Source: Candidatus Bathyarchaeota archaeon JdFR-07
Lineage (GTDB): Archaea; Thermoproteota; Bathyarchaeia; Bathyarchaeales; Bathycorpusculaceae
Assembly (NCBI GenBank): GCA_002010975.1
Contig: MTLU01000043.1
Location: 1-55,273 of the forward strand
Direction: 5' to 3'
DNA: 55,273 nt
The translations under genes were made by a program, and so were the position numbers. Positions 1-8,848 of the stretch are shown here, piece by piece (position 1 is the first letter of the stretch; every line of letters begins with the position of its first letter). The notes below the pieces were generated by a model that made no database searches, was not told the DNA's origin, and worked only from the letters and a program-made list of their open reading frames with translations.

Positions 1-2
1 TA

Positions 3-215
3 GAAGCATTACAAAAAGACATGCCGAACTGGAAAAAACAGATAGAAAATGGAAACTTTAAACAAATTAAAGAATGGCTAGTAAAAAATGTTCACAGCTA
101 TGGAAATCTTTACGACCCTCCGGAGCTACTTGTAAAAATTACCGGAAAAAAACTACACGTAAACCCGTATCTAAGCTATCTGACAGAAAAATACTCAAAA
201 ATATATCAATTCTAA
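3..215 (+). CDS. M32-family (Taq-like) metallocarboxypeptidase, C-terminal fragment; gene begins upstream of the window
   Basis: Frame is open from the window edge to TAA 213-215. The tail WLVKNVHSYGNLYDPPELLVKITGKKLHVNPYLSYLTEKYSKIY resembles the conserved C-terminus of thermostable carboxypeptidase 1. Confidence 0.55.
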   Translation, partial: EALQKDMPNWKKQIENGNFKQIKEWLVKNVHSYGNLYDPPELLVKITGKKLHVNPYLSYLTEKYSKIYQF

Positions 216-329
216 CCTCTTTTCAAACTTTAGGTCTGTAGGAACTGCTGAACATATACGAATTAATCGACAGTCTACAAGCAAAAAAGTAGGAACATTT
301 TTATATTTTTCAGGTTCTAATCCGACACT

Positions 330-337
330 TTTATATA
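330..337 (+). promoter_or_regulatory. candidate TATA box upstream of fae-hps
   Basis: TTTATATA lies ~40 nt upstream of GTG 373, with a second AT box TTTATAT at 300-306. GGAGAG (SD-like) sits at 361-366. Confidence 0.3.
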
Positions 338-372
338 TAACTTCAAGACAAAAATCAATAGGAGAGTATAAC

Positions 373-1830
373 GTGTCAATACGTGACGTTAGAAAGCCTA
401 TTTCGACACAAGAGTTCATCAAAGTATTAACAGAAGCTGCGGAGAAAGAGTGTAAAGCTCGTAGTCTTTTGAAGGGAAAGCCGACAAAACCGACAGTATC
501 AGGAACAGCTAAAATACTTAATATACACAGAGACACTCTATATAGTTGGCTTAGAGAGTTTAATGTCGATTTCAACGAAATAGCAAACAGCATTTTCACA
601 AAAATTTTGTCGGAAACAACAAAAGCCAGGGACAAACATGTCTACCTAATCGGCGAAGCACTAATAGGAGAAGGCAACGAAGTAGCCCATGTAGATCTAT
701 TAATAGGCGACAAAACAGGTCCAGTTGGTGAAGCTTTCGCCGCTGGACTTTCAAATCTTTCCATGGGACACACACCTCTTCTAGCTGTAATAAGACCCAA
801 CCTTCCACCAAAACCCCACACACTACTTGTGCCAAAAGTCACGGTTAAAACATTAGAAGATGCCAACAAAATTTTTGGTCCAGCACAAGCCGCAGTAGCA
901 AAAGCTGTAGCAGATGCCGTCGAAGAAGAAATAATACCCAAAGACAAGGTAGATGATTGGGTTATTGTATGCAGCGTCTTTGTGCATCCACAAGCAAGCG
1001 ATTACCGAAAAATATACCATTACAATTACGGTGCCACCAAACTGGCTTTAAAGAGAGCTTTGGCTAAGTATCCATCTCTCGAAAAAGTTTTCTATGACAA
1101 GGACAGAGCTAAACATCCCATAATGGGGTTCAAAGTACCACGTCTCTGGAGACCACCTTATGTACAGATTTCGCTTGACATACCTCAGTTTGAAAGAACA
1201 AAAAAGATAATATCACAAATTCCAAGAAGCGACAGAATAATACTAGAGGCAGGAACACCACTCATAAAAAGATATGGAACAAAAGTTATAAGCGACCTGA
1301 GAGATGTCGCCAGAGACATATTTTTTGTTGCCGATTTAAAAACCTTAGACGTTGGAAAAGTTGAAGTAGACTTAGCATATGAAGAAACAGCGGATGGTGT
1401 AATTGCCGCTGGCCTTGCACCTGTTGAAACACTCAACGCCTTCATTCATGAGGCAAAACGTCTAGGAATATATGCTATGATAGACATGTTAAACGTGGAA
1501 AGACCTGTAGAAAAACTAAAAATGCTAAAAGATTTTCCCGATGTCATCATATTACATAGAGGAATAGACCAGGAAACAGGCAAAACCATTGGTTTGGAGC
1601 TTATCACAGAGCTAAGACAAGCTTTCAAAGATAAGAGATTTCTGATAGCAGTTGCAGGTGGAATTGTACCTGAAACAGCTAGAGAAGCTCTAGAAAAAGG
1701 AGCAGACATTATTGTTGTTGGCAGATATATAACTCAGTCAAAAGACATTGAAAGAGCTGTTAGAGACTTTTTAGAGCTAACGCCTACGATGCGAAAAGAT
1801 ATAGACCTTTTCAGAGTACACGTCGAATAA
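373..1830 (+). CDS. fae-hps: bifunctional formaldehyde-activating enzyme / 3-hexulose-6-phosphate synthase (Fae-Hps) with an extra N-terminal HTH-like segment
   Basis: HVYLIGEALIGEGNEVAHVDLLIGDKTGPVGEAF...FGPAQAAVAKAVADAVEE matches Fae. The C-terminal half (ISLDIP, EAGTPLIKRYG, VADLKTLDVG, VAGGI, GADIIVVGRYI) is an OMPDC-fold Hps. GTG 373 has GGAGAG 6 nt upstream; the only alternative internal start is TTG 607. Confidence 0.9.
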   Translation: MSIRDVRKPISTQEFIKVLTEAAEKECKARSLLKGKPTKPTVSGTAKILNIHRDTLYSWLREFNVDFNEIANSIFTKILSETTKARDKHVYLIGEALIGEGNEVAHVDLLIGDKTGPVGEAFAAGLSNLSMGHTPLLAVIRPNLPPKPHTLLVPKVTVKTLEDANKIFGPAQAAVAKAVADAVEEEIIPKDKVDDWVIVCSVFVHPQASDYRKIYHYNYGATKLALKRALAKYPSLEKVFYDKDRAKHPIMGFKVPRLWRPPYVQISLDIPQFERTKKIISQIPRSDRIILEAGTPLIKRYGTKVISDLRDVARDIFFVADLKTLDVGKVEVDLAYEETADGVIAAGLAPVETLNAFIHEAKRLGIYAMIDMLNVERPVEKLKMLKDFPDVIILHRGIDQETGKTIGLELITELRQAFKDKRFLIAVAGGIVPETAREALEKGADIIVVGRYITQSKDIERAVRDFLELTPTMRKDIDLFRVHVE

Positions 1831-1978
1831 CCCACACCACTTCATCATTTTCACTCTTTTCAAATCACTTATACACAATAAAACCTATGTTTAACTAAAA
1901 TTCTCTAAAGTTAACTTCACAAATCTTAATAAAGGGAGATTCAACTTTCATAAACACTACTGGGAGAGTTAACTGTTA

Positions 1979-2431
1979 ATGGCTAAGTTCAAAGCTATAA
2001 TTTCAGATCCTGAAAACGGAACCACAAAAATAGTTGAGTTAGAGGAGGCCAGAACAGTTCCCTTAATTGGCAAGAAAATAGGGGAAATAATAGACGGTGC
2101 AGTTTTAGGTTTACCTAAACATAAATTACAGATAACAGGTGGTTCGGATAAAGATGGTTTTCCCATGAGAAAAAACGTTCATGGTGGTGTCAGAAAGAGA
2201 ATAATATTAAGCGGTGGAACGGGTTTTAATCCTAAAAAAGAGGGAGAAAGAAAACGAAAAACAGTCCGTGGGAACGTGATAACTGAAGAAATCGTCCAAA
2301 TAAATTTTAAAATTATAGAAAAGCCCAAACAGCCTAAAGAAGGAAAAAAGACGAAGGAGAAAGAAGATAAGCCAAAAGAAAAAACCGCAGAAAAACCGCC
2401 AACAGAAGAAAAACCTTCATCAGAACATTAA
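1979..2431 (+). CDS. rps6e: 30S ribosomal protein S6e
   Basis: MAKFKAIISDP...ITGGSDKDGFPMR...RKRKTVRGN is typical S6e, followed by a K/E-rich tail. Confidence 0.95.
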   Translation: MAKFKAIISDPENGTTKIVELEEARTVPLIGKKIGEIIDGAVLGLPKHKLQITGGSDKDGFPMRKNVHGGVRKRIILSGGTGFNPKKEGERKRKTVRGNVITEEIVQINFKIIEKPKQPKEGKKTKEKEDKPKEKTAEKPPTEEKPSSEH

Positions 2432-2492
2432 CATTTATTAGTGCACATAGATCTAATGCACGATTAACCTATACACTTATTAGGGAAATAAA

Positions 2493-3740
2493 ATGAGTCA
2501 AAAACTTTCAGTTTTACCAAAACAACCAGAGTGCAACATTGGCACCATAGGTCACGTAGACCATGGAAAAACTACTTTAGTACAAGCCTTAACAGGAGTA
2601 TGGGCTGCAAGACACAGTGAAGAATTGAAAAGAGGCATAACAATAAAGCTTGGATATGCGGATATGGGAATCTATAAATGTCCTAAATGCGAACCGCCTC
2701 AAAACTTTTCTTCCCAACCAGTTTGTCCGAACTGCAGTTCAAAAGCCAAATTTGTTCGCGCTGTAAGTTTTGTAGATGCACCAGGACACGAGGCCTTAAT
2801 GGCCACAATGCTTTCAGGGGCAGCCATAATGGACGGTGCAATACTTGTAATTGCAGCAGATGAGCCATGCCCTCAACCGCAAACAAGAGAACATCTAGCA
2901 GCAGCCCAAATTATTGGAATTAAAAATGTGGTCATTGTACAAAATAAAATAGACATTATCGACGAAAAAAGAGCTCGTGAAAACTATAAAGAGATAAAAA
3001 ATTTTGTAAAGGGCACAGTAGCGGAAAATGCCCCTATTATTCCTGTTTCTGCACAACATGAAGTGAATATAGATGCCCTTATCCAAGCTATTGAAGAATT
3101 TATACCCACCCCGGCAAGAGATGAGGAAAAACCACCATTAATGTACATTATACGCTCTTTTGACGTAAACAAGCCAGGGACACCCATTGAAAAACTAGAC
3201 GGAGGAGTCATTGGAGGCACTATAATTCAAGGAAAATTCAGGGTAGGAGAAGAAATAGAAATTCGCCCAGGAATCACCATGCAAAAAGAGGGTAAAACCG
3301 TTCATGAATCCCTCTTCAGCGAAATAGTTAGCTTACATGCAGGCGGACAAAGTGTAAAAGAAGCCCATTGTGGCGGGCTAGTGGGTGTAGGAACACTTCT
3401 AGACCCATCCTTTTCCAAGGCCGACGGTTTAACAGGAAATATCGTAGGAAAATCAGGCATGTTACCACCGACACTTTCTGAGATAACTTTAGAAACAAGT
3501 GTCCTTGAACATGTCGTAGGAACAAAGGAGCTTATAAAAACAGAAAAAATAAACATGAATGAAACCTTACTTTTACATGTAGGGGCTGCAATAACAGTAG
3601 GAAAAGTCACCTCAGTAAAAGGCAATATAGTAACTGCAAGTCTTTCACGTCCAGTTTGCGCCCCTGCAGAGTCACGTGTGGCAATAAGCAGAAAAATAAC
3701 GGGCAGATGGAGACTAATAGGATACGGAATGATACAGTAA
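2493..3740 (+). CDS. eif2g: translation initiation factor aIF2 gamma subunit
   Basis: GTPase motifs GHVDHGKTT, DAPGHE and NKID, plus the zinc ribbon CPKC...CPNC. Sits in the conserved position after S6e. Confidence 0.95.
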   Translation: MSQKLSVLPKQPECNIGTIGHVDHGKTTLVQALTGVWAARHSEELKRGITIKLGYADMGIYKCPKCEPPQNFSSQPVCPNCSSKAKFVRAVSFVDAPGHEALMATMLSGAAIMDGAILVIAADEPCPQPQTREHLAAAQIIGIKNVVIVQNKIDIIDEKRARENYKEIKNFVKGTVAENAPIIPVSAQHEVNIDALIQAIEEFIPTPARDEEKPPLMYIIRSFDVNKPGTPIEKLDGGVIGGTIIQGKFRVGEEIEIRPGITMQKEGKTVHESLFSEIVSLHAGGQSVKEAHCGGLVGVGTLLDPSFSKADGLTGNIVGKSGMLPPTLSEITLETSVLEHVVGTKELIKTEKINMNETLLLHVGAAITVGKVTSVKGNIVTASLSRPVCAPAESRVAISRKITGRWRLIGYGMIQ

Positions 3741-3741
3741 C

Positions 3742-4167
3742 ATGACAATACAGCCTAAACATGCGAGAGAAAAAACAAAAGTTATCTTAGATTCAAACGC
3801 CTTTTTCGTGTCCCTCCAATTCAAACTTGATATTTTTGAAGAATTAAAAAAACTATTAGCCAAAAATTATGAAGCAATTTTACTCTCACCTGTCCGTCAA
3901 GAGTTGGAAAAACTAGCCAAAAAGGGCACACCCAAAATGCGGAAAAAAGCCTCTTACGCCTTAAAACTAAGCGAAAAATGCACATATGTGCAATTAGATG
4001 AAAATTCCGCGATCACTCCAGATGATGCTATCTTAAAAGTCGCCCAAAAATGGAAAAGTCCAGTCTTTACCAACGACAGAAACCTTAGAAAGAGGTTAAG
4101 AAATATAAATGTGCCAGTTATTTATGTGAGGCAAAAATCACGGTTAGAAATTAACGGGAGGCTATAA
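3742..4167 (+). CDS. PIN-domain protein (Fcf1/Utp23-like) of the conserved eif2g-rpoE cluster
   Basis: Starts 2 nt after the eif2g stop. ILDSNAFF ... TNDRNLRKR is a PIN-like acidic-residue pattern. A PIN gene is conserved at this position in archaea. Confidence 0.6.
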   Translation: MTIQPKHAREKTKVILDSNAFFVSLQFKLDIFEELKKLLAKNYEAILLSPVRQELEKLAKKGTPKMRKKASYALKLSEKCTYVQLDENSAITPDDAILKVAQKWKSPVFTNDRNLRKRLRNINVPVIYVRQKSRLEINGRL

Positions 4168-4170
4168 CTC

Positions 4171-4764
4171 TTGTTTAAACTGACAAAACTAGAAGACACA
4201 ATTCGCATACCCCCAGAAACTTTTGGAACCCCCTTAGAAACTGTAGGCCATCAACAGGTTAGAGCAAAATACGAAGGAATAGTCAACGAAGAATTAGGTT
4301 ATGTAGTAGCCGTAACAAAAGTAAAAGTAAGCCCTGTCGGAAAAATAATTCCAGGAGACGGAGCTACCTACCATAAAGTAACCTTTTCTGTACTCACATT
4401 CTATCCAAAAATCCAAGAAGTAGTAGAAGGAGAAGTTGTGGAGATTGCAGATTTTGGAGCCTTTGTGCGAATAGGTCCCGTCGACGCCTTACTACATGTT
4501 TCCCAACTTATGGATGACTTCATTTCCTATGATGAAAAACAAGGAGTGCTGCTAGGTAAAGAAACAAAAAGAAAACTTACAAATGGAGACCAAGTTCGAG
4601 TACGTATAACAGCCGTTTCTCTTGGTAAGGCTGGAAGCACAGGAAAAATAGGAGTAACTGCCAGACAGCCCTTCCTAGGAAAACTTGAATGGATTAAACA
4701 GGAAGTCAAGAAAGCAGGTGAAGAAGAAAAGAAAACATCCGAAAAAACGGAAAAGAGTGATTAG
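4171..4764 (+). CDS. rpoE: DNA-directed RNA polymerase subunit E' (Rpo7)
   Basis: MFKLTKLEDTIRIPP N-terminus plus an S1 domain (GEVVEIADFGAFVRIGPVDALLHVSQ). TTG start. Confidence 0.9.
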   Translation: MFKLTKLEDTIRIPPETFGTPLETVGHQQVRAKYEGIVNEELGYVVAVTKVKVSPVGKIIPGDGATYHKVTFSVLTFYPKIQEVVEGEVVEIADFGAFVRIGPVDALLHVSQLMDDFISYDEKQGVLLGKETKRKLTNGDQVRVRITAVSLGKAGSTGKIGVTARQPFLGKLEWIKQEVKKAGEEEKKTSEKTEKSD

Positions 4765-4950
4765 ATGATTAAAAAAGCTTGCACAAACTGTAATTTCATA
4801 ACTAAAGAAAACGTTTGTCCCAAATGCAAATCCTCATCATTAAGCGATGACTTCAGCGGTTTGGTAATAATTTTCGACGCGGAAAATTCAGTCATAGCGA
4901 AAACCATGAAGATCAAAGAAAAGGGCGTCTACGCATTAAAGGTCAGATAA
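4765..4950 (+). CDS. spt4: transcription elongation factor Spt4 (RpoE'')
   Basis: 61-aa zinc ribbon CTNC...CPKC. Abuts the rpoE stop. Confidence 0.85.
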   Translation: MIKKACTNCNFITKENVCPKCKSSSLSDDFSGLVIIFDAENSVIAKTMKIKEKGVYALKVR

Positions 4951-4951
4951 G

Positions 4952-5485
4952 TTGAAGATAAAATATGTCCTTACACCACAGCTCAGATTAAAGCTTAAGC
5001 AACCGTTAGGCAAACTAATTCAAGGATCCTTTGAACAAACAATACCAAAACTAAAAAAGTTGATAGAAGAAGAAAAACCTTCTAGGATCATATCTGTTGG
5101 CGACATAGTTTCAAAGAATCTTATGGAGTACAGTTTTTCTCCGAGTCTTCTAATAGTGGATAACAAGGTTATGCGGAAAGAAATAAAACCATTTACATTG
5201 AAAACAGAAAAAACCATTTACACTAAAAACCCGCCAGGAACAATAACCACCGAAGCATCAGAGACAATAAAAGATTCATTAAAAACTAATGAGTGCACTA
5301 AAATAGTTGTAGAAGGAGAAGAAGATTTACTTGCTCTTATAGCGATTCTATACGCCCCAGAAAATTCTCTGATCGTTTATGGTCAACCTCGGCAAGGAAT
5401 TGTAGCAGTTAAAGCAACTCCAAAAAAGAAAGAAGAGATTGCTGCCATTCTAAAAACTATGGAAAATTTTCGAAAAGCTAAATAG
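4952..5485 (+). CDS. DUF359 protein, archaeal GTP-dependent dephospho-CoA kinase family
   Basis: ISVGDIVSKNL ... VDNKVMRK ... VEGEEDLLALIAILYAPENSLIVYGQPRQGIV matches the DUF359/COG1909 pattern. Conserved neighbour of spt4 and S24e. Confidence 0.75.
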   Translation: MKIKYVLTPQLRLKLKQPLGKLIQGSFEQTIPKLKKLIEEEKPSRIISVGDIVSKNLMEYSFSPSLLIVDNKVMRKEIKPFTLKTEKTIYTKNPPGTITTEASETIKDSLKTNECTKIVVEGEEDLLALIAILYAPENSLIVYGQPRQGIVAVKATPKKKEEIAAILKTMENFRKAK

Positions 5486-5524
5486 TGAGAGAGACCTATC
5501 AATTTTGCTACAATAGTGAATGTT

Positions 5525-5845
5525 ATGAAAATAAAAATAGTGTCACAAAAGAAAAATCCACTGTTAAAAAGAAATGAAATACAATTTCAAGTGGAACATA
5601 GCCAAACGGGTAGCACACCTCCAAGAACAGAAGTAAGAAAAGCAATTGCAAACATTCTAAAAAAAGATGAAAATGTAGTTTTTGTTAAGAAATTGCAAAC
5701 TAAGACAGGAAGTGTCATAGCTGTTGGCCTTGCAAATGTTTACGACTCTTTAGAACAAGCAAGACTTATAGAACCCAACTACATCATTAAAAGAAACATA
5801 CCGCCAGAAAAGAAAGAGGAGGAGAAAGAAAAAGAAAATGTCTGA
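5525..5845 (+). CDS. rps24e: 30S ribosomal protein S24e
   Basis: MKIKIVSQKKNPLLKRNEIQFQVEH is typical S24e. ATG 5525 is preferred over GTG 5516. Confidence 0.9.
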   Translation: MKIKIVSQKKNPLLKRNEIQFQVEHSQTGSTPPRTEVRKAIANILKKDENVVFVKKLQTKTGSVIAVGLANVYDSLEQARLIEPNYIIKRNIPPEKKEEEKEKENV

Positions 5846-6071
5846 AGAAGAAAAAGAGGCTCCCATAGAGGAAAAAGAAGCTGAGAAGACTGAAAAAAGA
5901 AAAAAAGAAGAAAAAGGCGTTTTTACTTTATATAAGATAGACGAAGGAAAAATAACAAGGCTGCGACCCACTTGTGAACGTTGCGGCCCAGGATATTTTA
6001 TGGCTGACCACGGTGACAGATATGCTTGTGGACATTGCGGTTTTACCAGATATAAACAAACTGAAAAATAA
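5838..6071 (+). CDS. rps27ae: 30S ribosomal protein S27ae
   Basis: CERCGPGYFMADHGDRYACGHCGF zinc ribbon. Overlaps the S24e end by 8 nt. Confidence 0.9.
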   Translation: MSEEEKEAPIEEKEAEKTEKRKKEEKGVFTLYKIDEGKITRLRPTCERCGPGYFMADHGDRYACGHCGFTRYKQTEK

Positions 6072-6113
6072 ACATCTTTAAATGAAGCATTAACCATATT
6101 CTAAACGATTTAG

Positions 6114-6539
6114 ATGTTTAGAGTGAACGTTTCAATTCTTAACATATCCGCAGAAAGATTTTGGGACATTAAAAAACCCATTCCACCTATTCAAATAAAC
6201 TCGAACCTAAATCTAACAGGAATGGAAAAGAAAGCTGAAAACACACTAGAAGTTCCTTTTGTTTTAACAATTAATTACAACCCTTCAATAGCCCAAATAA
6301 GCATGAAAGGAAAAGCCTATGTAGTAGGTGACAAAGGCGACATAGAAAAAGTGTACAAAGGATACGAAGAAAAGAAACCTCCACCACCAGTTCTCGTACA
6401 ATCCATTTCTAACATTGTTTTCATAGAATCCGTAATAATATCACGAACGTTGAACATTCCGCCTCCTATTCCTCTGCCACAAATACCACAAATTAAATCG
6501 CCTTACAAAAAGAAGGCAAAAATCGACTACAGTGCGTGA
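6114..6539 (+). CDS. hypothetical protein with a proline-rich C-terminus
   Basis: 141-aa ORF co-oriented with the preceding operon. I recognise no confident family. Confidence 0.5.
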   Translation: MFRVNVSILNISAERFWDIKKPIPPIQINSNLNLTGMEKKAENTLEVPFVLTINYNPSIAQISMKGKAYVVGDKGDIEKVYKGYEEKKPPPPVLVQSISNIVFIESVIISRTLNIPPPIPLPQIPQIKSPYKKKAKIDYSA

Positions 6540-6562
6540 AGGTTAGAAAGATTATCCTAATT

Positions 6563-6967
6563 TTACTTTAATGGAACATACATGGATGAACGAGAGGCTC
6601 CGATTCCTGGAGTCCCATGTTTAACTGGTTTATTTGTAATGGCAAATTCTCCTAAGTAGTGACCAATCATTTCTGGTTTTATTTCAACAGGTATAAACTC
6701 TTTTCCATTGTGAACTAGAATTGTAAGCCCCACCATTTCAGGAAGGATAATCATGTCTCTAACATGGGTTTTCACAATTTCACTTTTACCTTTTCTCATG
6801 GCTTCTTTTACCCTTCTTATCTTTTCAAGAAGTGTTCGCTGCTCTAGCGTTAAACCACGATGGAGGCTTCTTCTCTGTCTTGAAGGAAGTAAGTTAATAA
6901 ATTCGTCCATAGACATACTTTGCAACTGATCTAGTGCATATCCACGATACATGAATTCTCGAGGCAT
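6563..6967 (-). CDS. rps19: 30S ribosomal protein S19 (uS19)
   Basis: [57 protein letters not shown]. Confidence 0.95.
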   Translation of the reverse strand: MPREFMYRGYALDQLQSMSMDEFINLLPSRQRRSLHRGLTLEQRTLLEKIRRVKEAMRKGKSEIVKTHVRDMIILPEMVGLTILVHNGKEFIPVEIKPEMIGHYLGEFAITNKPVKHGTPGIGASRSSMYVPLK

Positions 6968-7020
6968 TTTTCTTCAACCATACCAAAATTGCATCAGAGG
7001 CTATAAATCTTCCCACAGGT

Positions 7021-7764
7021 TTAAGTTCTTCTTCTCTTCTTTTTCTTTCCCGCACCTCTTGCGGCGATCAATCCAACCTTCCTTCCTGGAGGAGCACCAT
7101 GTGAAACAGTTGTAACTTTTCTGGCACTTCTTTTGCTACTTCCAAACGGGTGCACAGCTGCAATCATAGCTCTCCCCCGTGTTCTAGGATACTTATGTCC
7201 TTTCGCTCTCATCAAATGGAATTTTGCTCCTGCTTTCAAAAAGGGTTTTTCTGTTCTACCCGAACCAGAAACAATTCCAATGGTTGCTCGGCAGTAATCA
7301 TTTATATATTTTGTTTTACCTGATGGAAGCTTAACTATTGTTCCTTGATCGGTATGTGCTACAACAGTGGCGTATGCCCCGGAAGATTTTGCAATTTTCC
7401 CCCCATCTCCAGGTTTTAATTCTATGTTACATATCATAGTACCCTCTGGGATTTTTTTGATAGGCAATATGTTGCCTATTTCAACTGTAGCTTTCCCACC
7501 CATCTGAATCTGTTGACCTAAAGAGACACCTTCAGGCACTATAGTATAGCATGATTCTCCATTTTCGAATCTTACCAATGCTAATGGAGATCCACGCCCA
7601 GGATCATGAGCCAACTCTTCAATAACCCCTTTAATTACCGTCTCAAAATATTCGTTAAGTGCTATGTCTAGGGGGTATCGTGCGGGAGCTACTCTTTTAT
7701 GAGTAGAAGCCTTAAACTGAGAACCGCCACGACCACGCCTTTGAACCCGAATTCTTTTTCCCAT
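7021..7764 (-). CDS. rpl2: 50S ribosomal protein L2 (uL2)
   Basis: MGKRIRVQRRGRG ... GNILPIKKIPEGTMICNIELKPGDGGKIAKSSG ... HPFGSS. Confidence 0.95.
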   Translation of the reverse strand: MGKRIRVQRRGRGGSQFKASTHKRVAPARYPLDIALNEYFETVIKGVIEELAHDPGRGSPLALVRFENGESCYTIVPEGVSLGQQIQMGGKATVEIGNILPIKKIPEGTMICNIELKPGDGGKIAKSSGAYATVVAHTDQGTIVKLPSGKTKYINDYCRATIGIVSGSGRTEKPFLKAGAKFHLMRAKGHKYPRTRGRAMIAAVHPFGSSKRSARKVTTVSHGAPPGRKVGLIAARGAGKKKKRRRT

Positions 7765-7786
7765 AATTTTTCACCATTAATAAATC

Positions 7787-8047
7787 CTAAAGGATTCCAA
7801 GCTTAATAGCCACATCCGCTGCCTTATATTCTGGACGAAGCTTAACAAATGCCTTCTTTTTGCCCCGAGGTGTAATTAAAAGGTTCACTTTTTCAACCTC
7901 CACTTCATAAAGCTGCTCCACAGCCTTTTTCACATCGCTTTTACTTGCTTTAAGATTAACTATGAAAACAAGTTTATTTTCTTGCTCAACCATGAGACTT
8001 GCAGATTCTGTCATTAAAGGGTAAAGAATGACTTCGTAAGGGTCCAT
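7787..8047 (-). CDS. rpl23: 50S ribosomal protein L23 (uL23)
   Basis: 86 aa, LMTESASLMVEQENKLVFIVNLKASKSDVKKAVE. Its start overlaps the L4 stop (TAATG). Confidence 0.9.
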   Translation of the reverse strand: MDPYEVILYPLMTESASLMVEQENKLVFIVNLKASKSDVKKAVEQLYEVEVEKVNLLITPRGKKKAFVKLRPEYKAADVAIKLGIL

Positions 8048-8835
8048 TATGCCATCTCGCCTTCCCCATACAGCTCGTTTAATTTTTCAATAGCACTATC
8101 TGTCCAGATTGTAAGCCGCCCAGGATGTGTTCCAGGAGCCAGCATTTCAACACTTAGATTGTTAACGTTGACAGCATCCACTCCGGGTATATTTCTTGCA
8201 GCTTCTAATATGCCCCTATTCTCAGCAACGACAATAAGTGGGCCTTTAGCCTGTTTTATTTTTCTACCTCTTCGTTTGCCTTTTCCAGCACGGATTTTTC
8301 TACTCTCTTTAACACGATAAAGGTCTGAAAGAACACCAAGGCGTATTAGAGTTTCCTCAACCTCTTTTGTCTTCTTCAACTCTTCCAAATCCTTTGTAAC
8401 CACTAAAGGTATCTGAGGAACGTCCTCAGTAGAATGCCCCCTAGAGTTCACAGTTTTTCTCGAAGACGTAGCCGCTATTGCAGAAAAAAGTGCTAGGCGT
8501 TTCTCTTTTTTGGGAATACGTTTGACAATTTTCTTTTCAGAAGTGGGTGGATGAGCTTGTCTTCCACCCACAGTTCCAGGCGCGAGGGCACCTCTTCCTC
8601 CAGGACCTTTAACTCTTGGGATTCTAGCTATGCCTAAACCTACACCTCTAGATTCGGCAGTTGTCCTTTTTCCAGCCAGGGGGTCTCTGCCTTGCGGCTG
8701 TCTGCGGTTAGATTGGATTGCCAAAACAGCGCGTTTTATAACATCCGGCCTTATAGGCGTTTCAAATATTGCTGGAAGTTTCATTTTTCCAACAGGTTTT
8801 CCTTCGAGGTTAAAGATTTTCACTGTCTTAGCCAT
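8047..8835 (-). CDS. rpl4: 50S ribosomal protein L4 (uL4)
   Basis: MAKTVKIFNLEGKPVG ... GRGALAPGTVGGRQAHPP. Start placed at ATG 8835 because the longer ORF (8880) would overlap the L3 stop at 8849. Confidence 0.9.
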   Translation of the reverse strand: MAKTVKIFNLEGKPVGKMKLPAIFETPIRPDVIKRAVLAIQSNRRQPQGRDPLAGKRTTAESRGVGLGIARIPRVKGPGGRGALAPGTVGGRQAHPPTSEKKIVKRIPKKEKRLALFSAIAATSSRKTVNSRGHSTEDVPQIPLVVTKDLEELKKTKEVEETLIRLGVLSDLYRVKESRKIRAGKGKRRGRKIKQAKGPLIVVAENRGILEAARNIPGVDAVNVNNLSVEMLAPGTHPGRLTIWTDSAIEKLNELYGEGEMA

Positions 8836-8848
8836 CCTATGTACACCT

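Noticed and set aside
195-947. Three minus-strand ORFs (195..635, 596..835, 642..947) overlapping the 5' half of fae-hps.
   Set aside because: They are antisense to a gene with unmistakable Fae homology. Their products are low-complexity or Cys/Leu-rich with no family resemblance. These are typical shadow ORFs.
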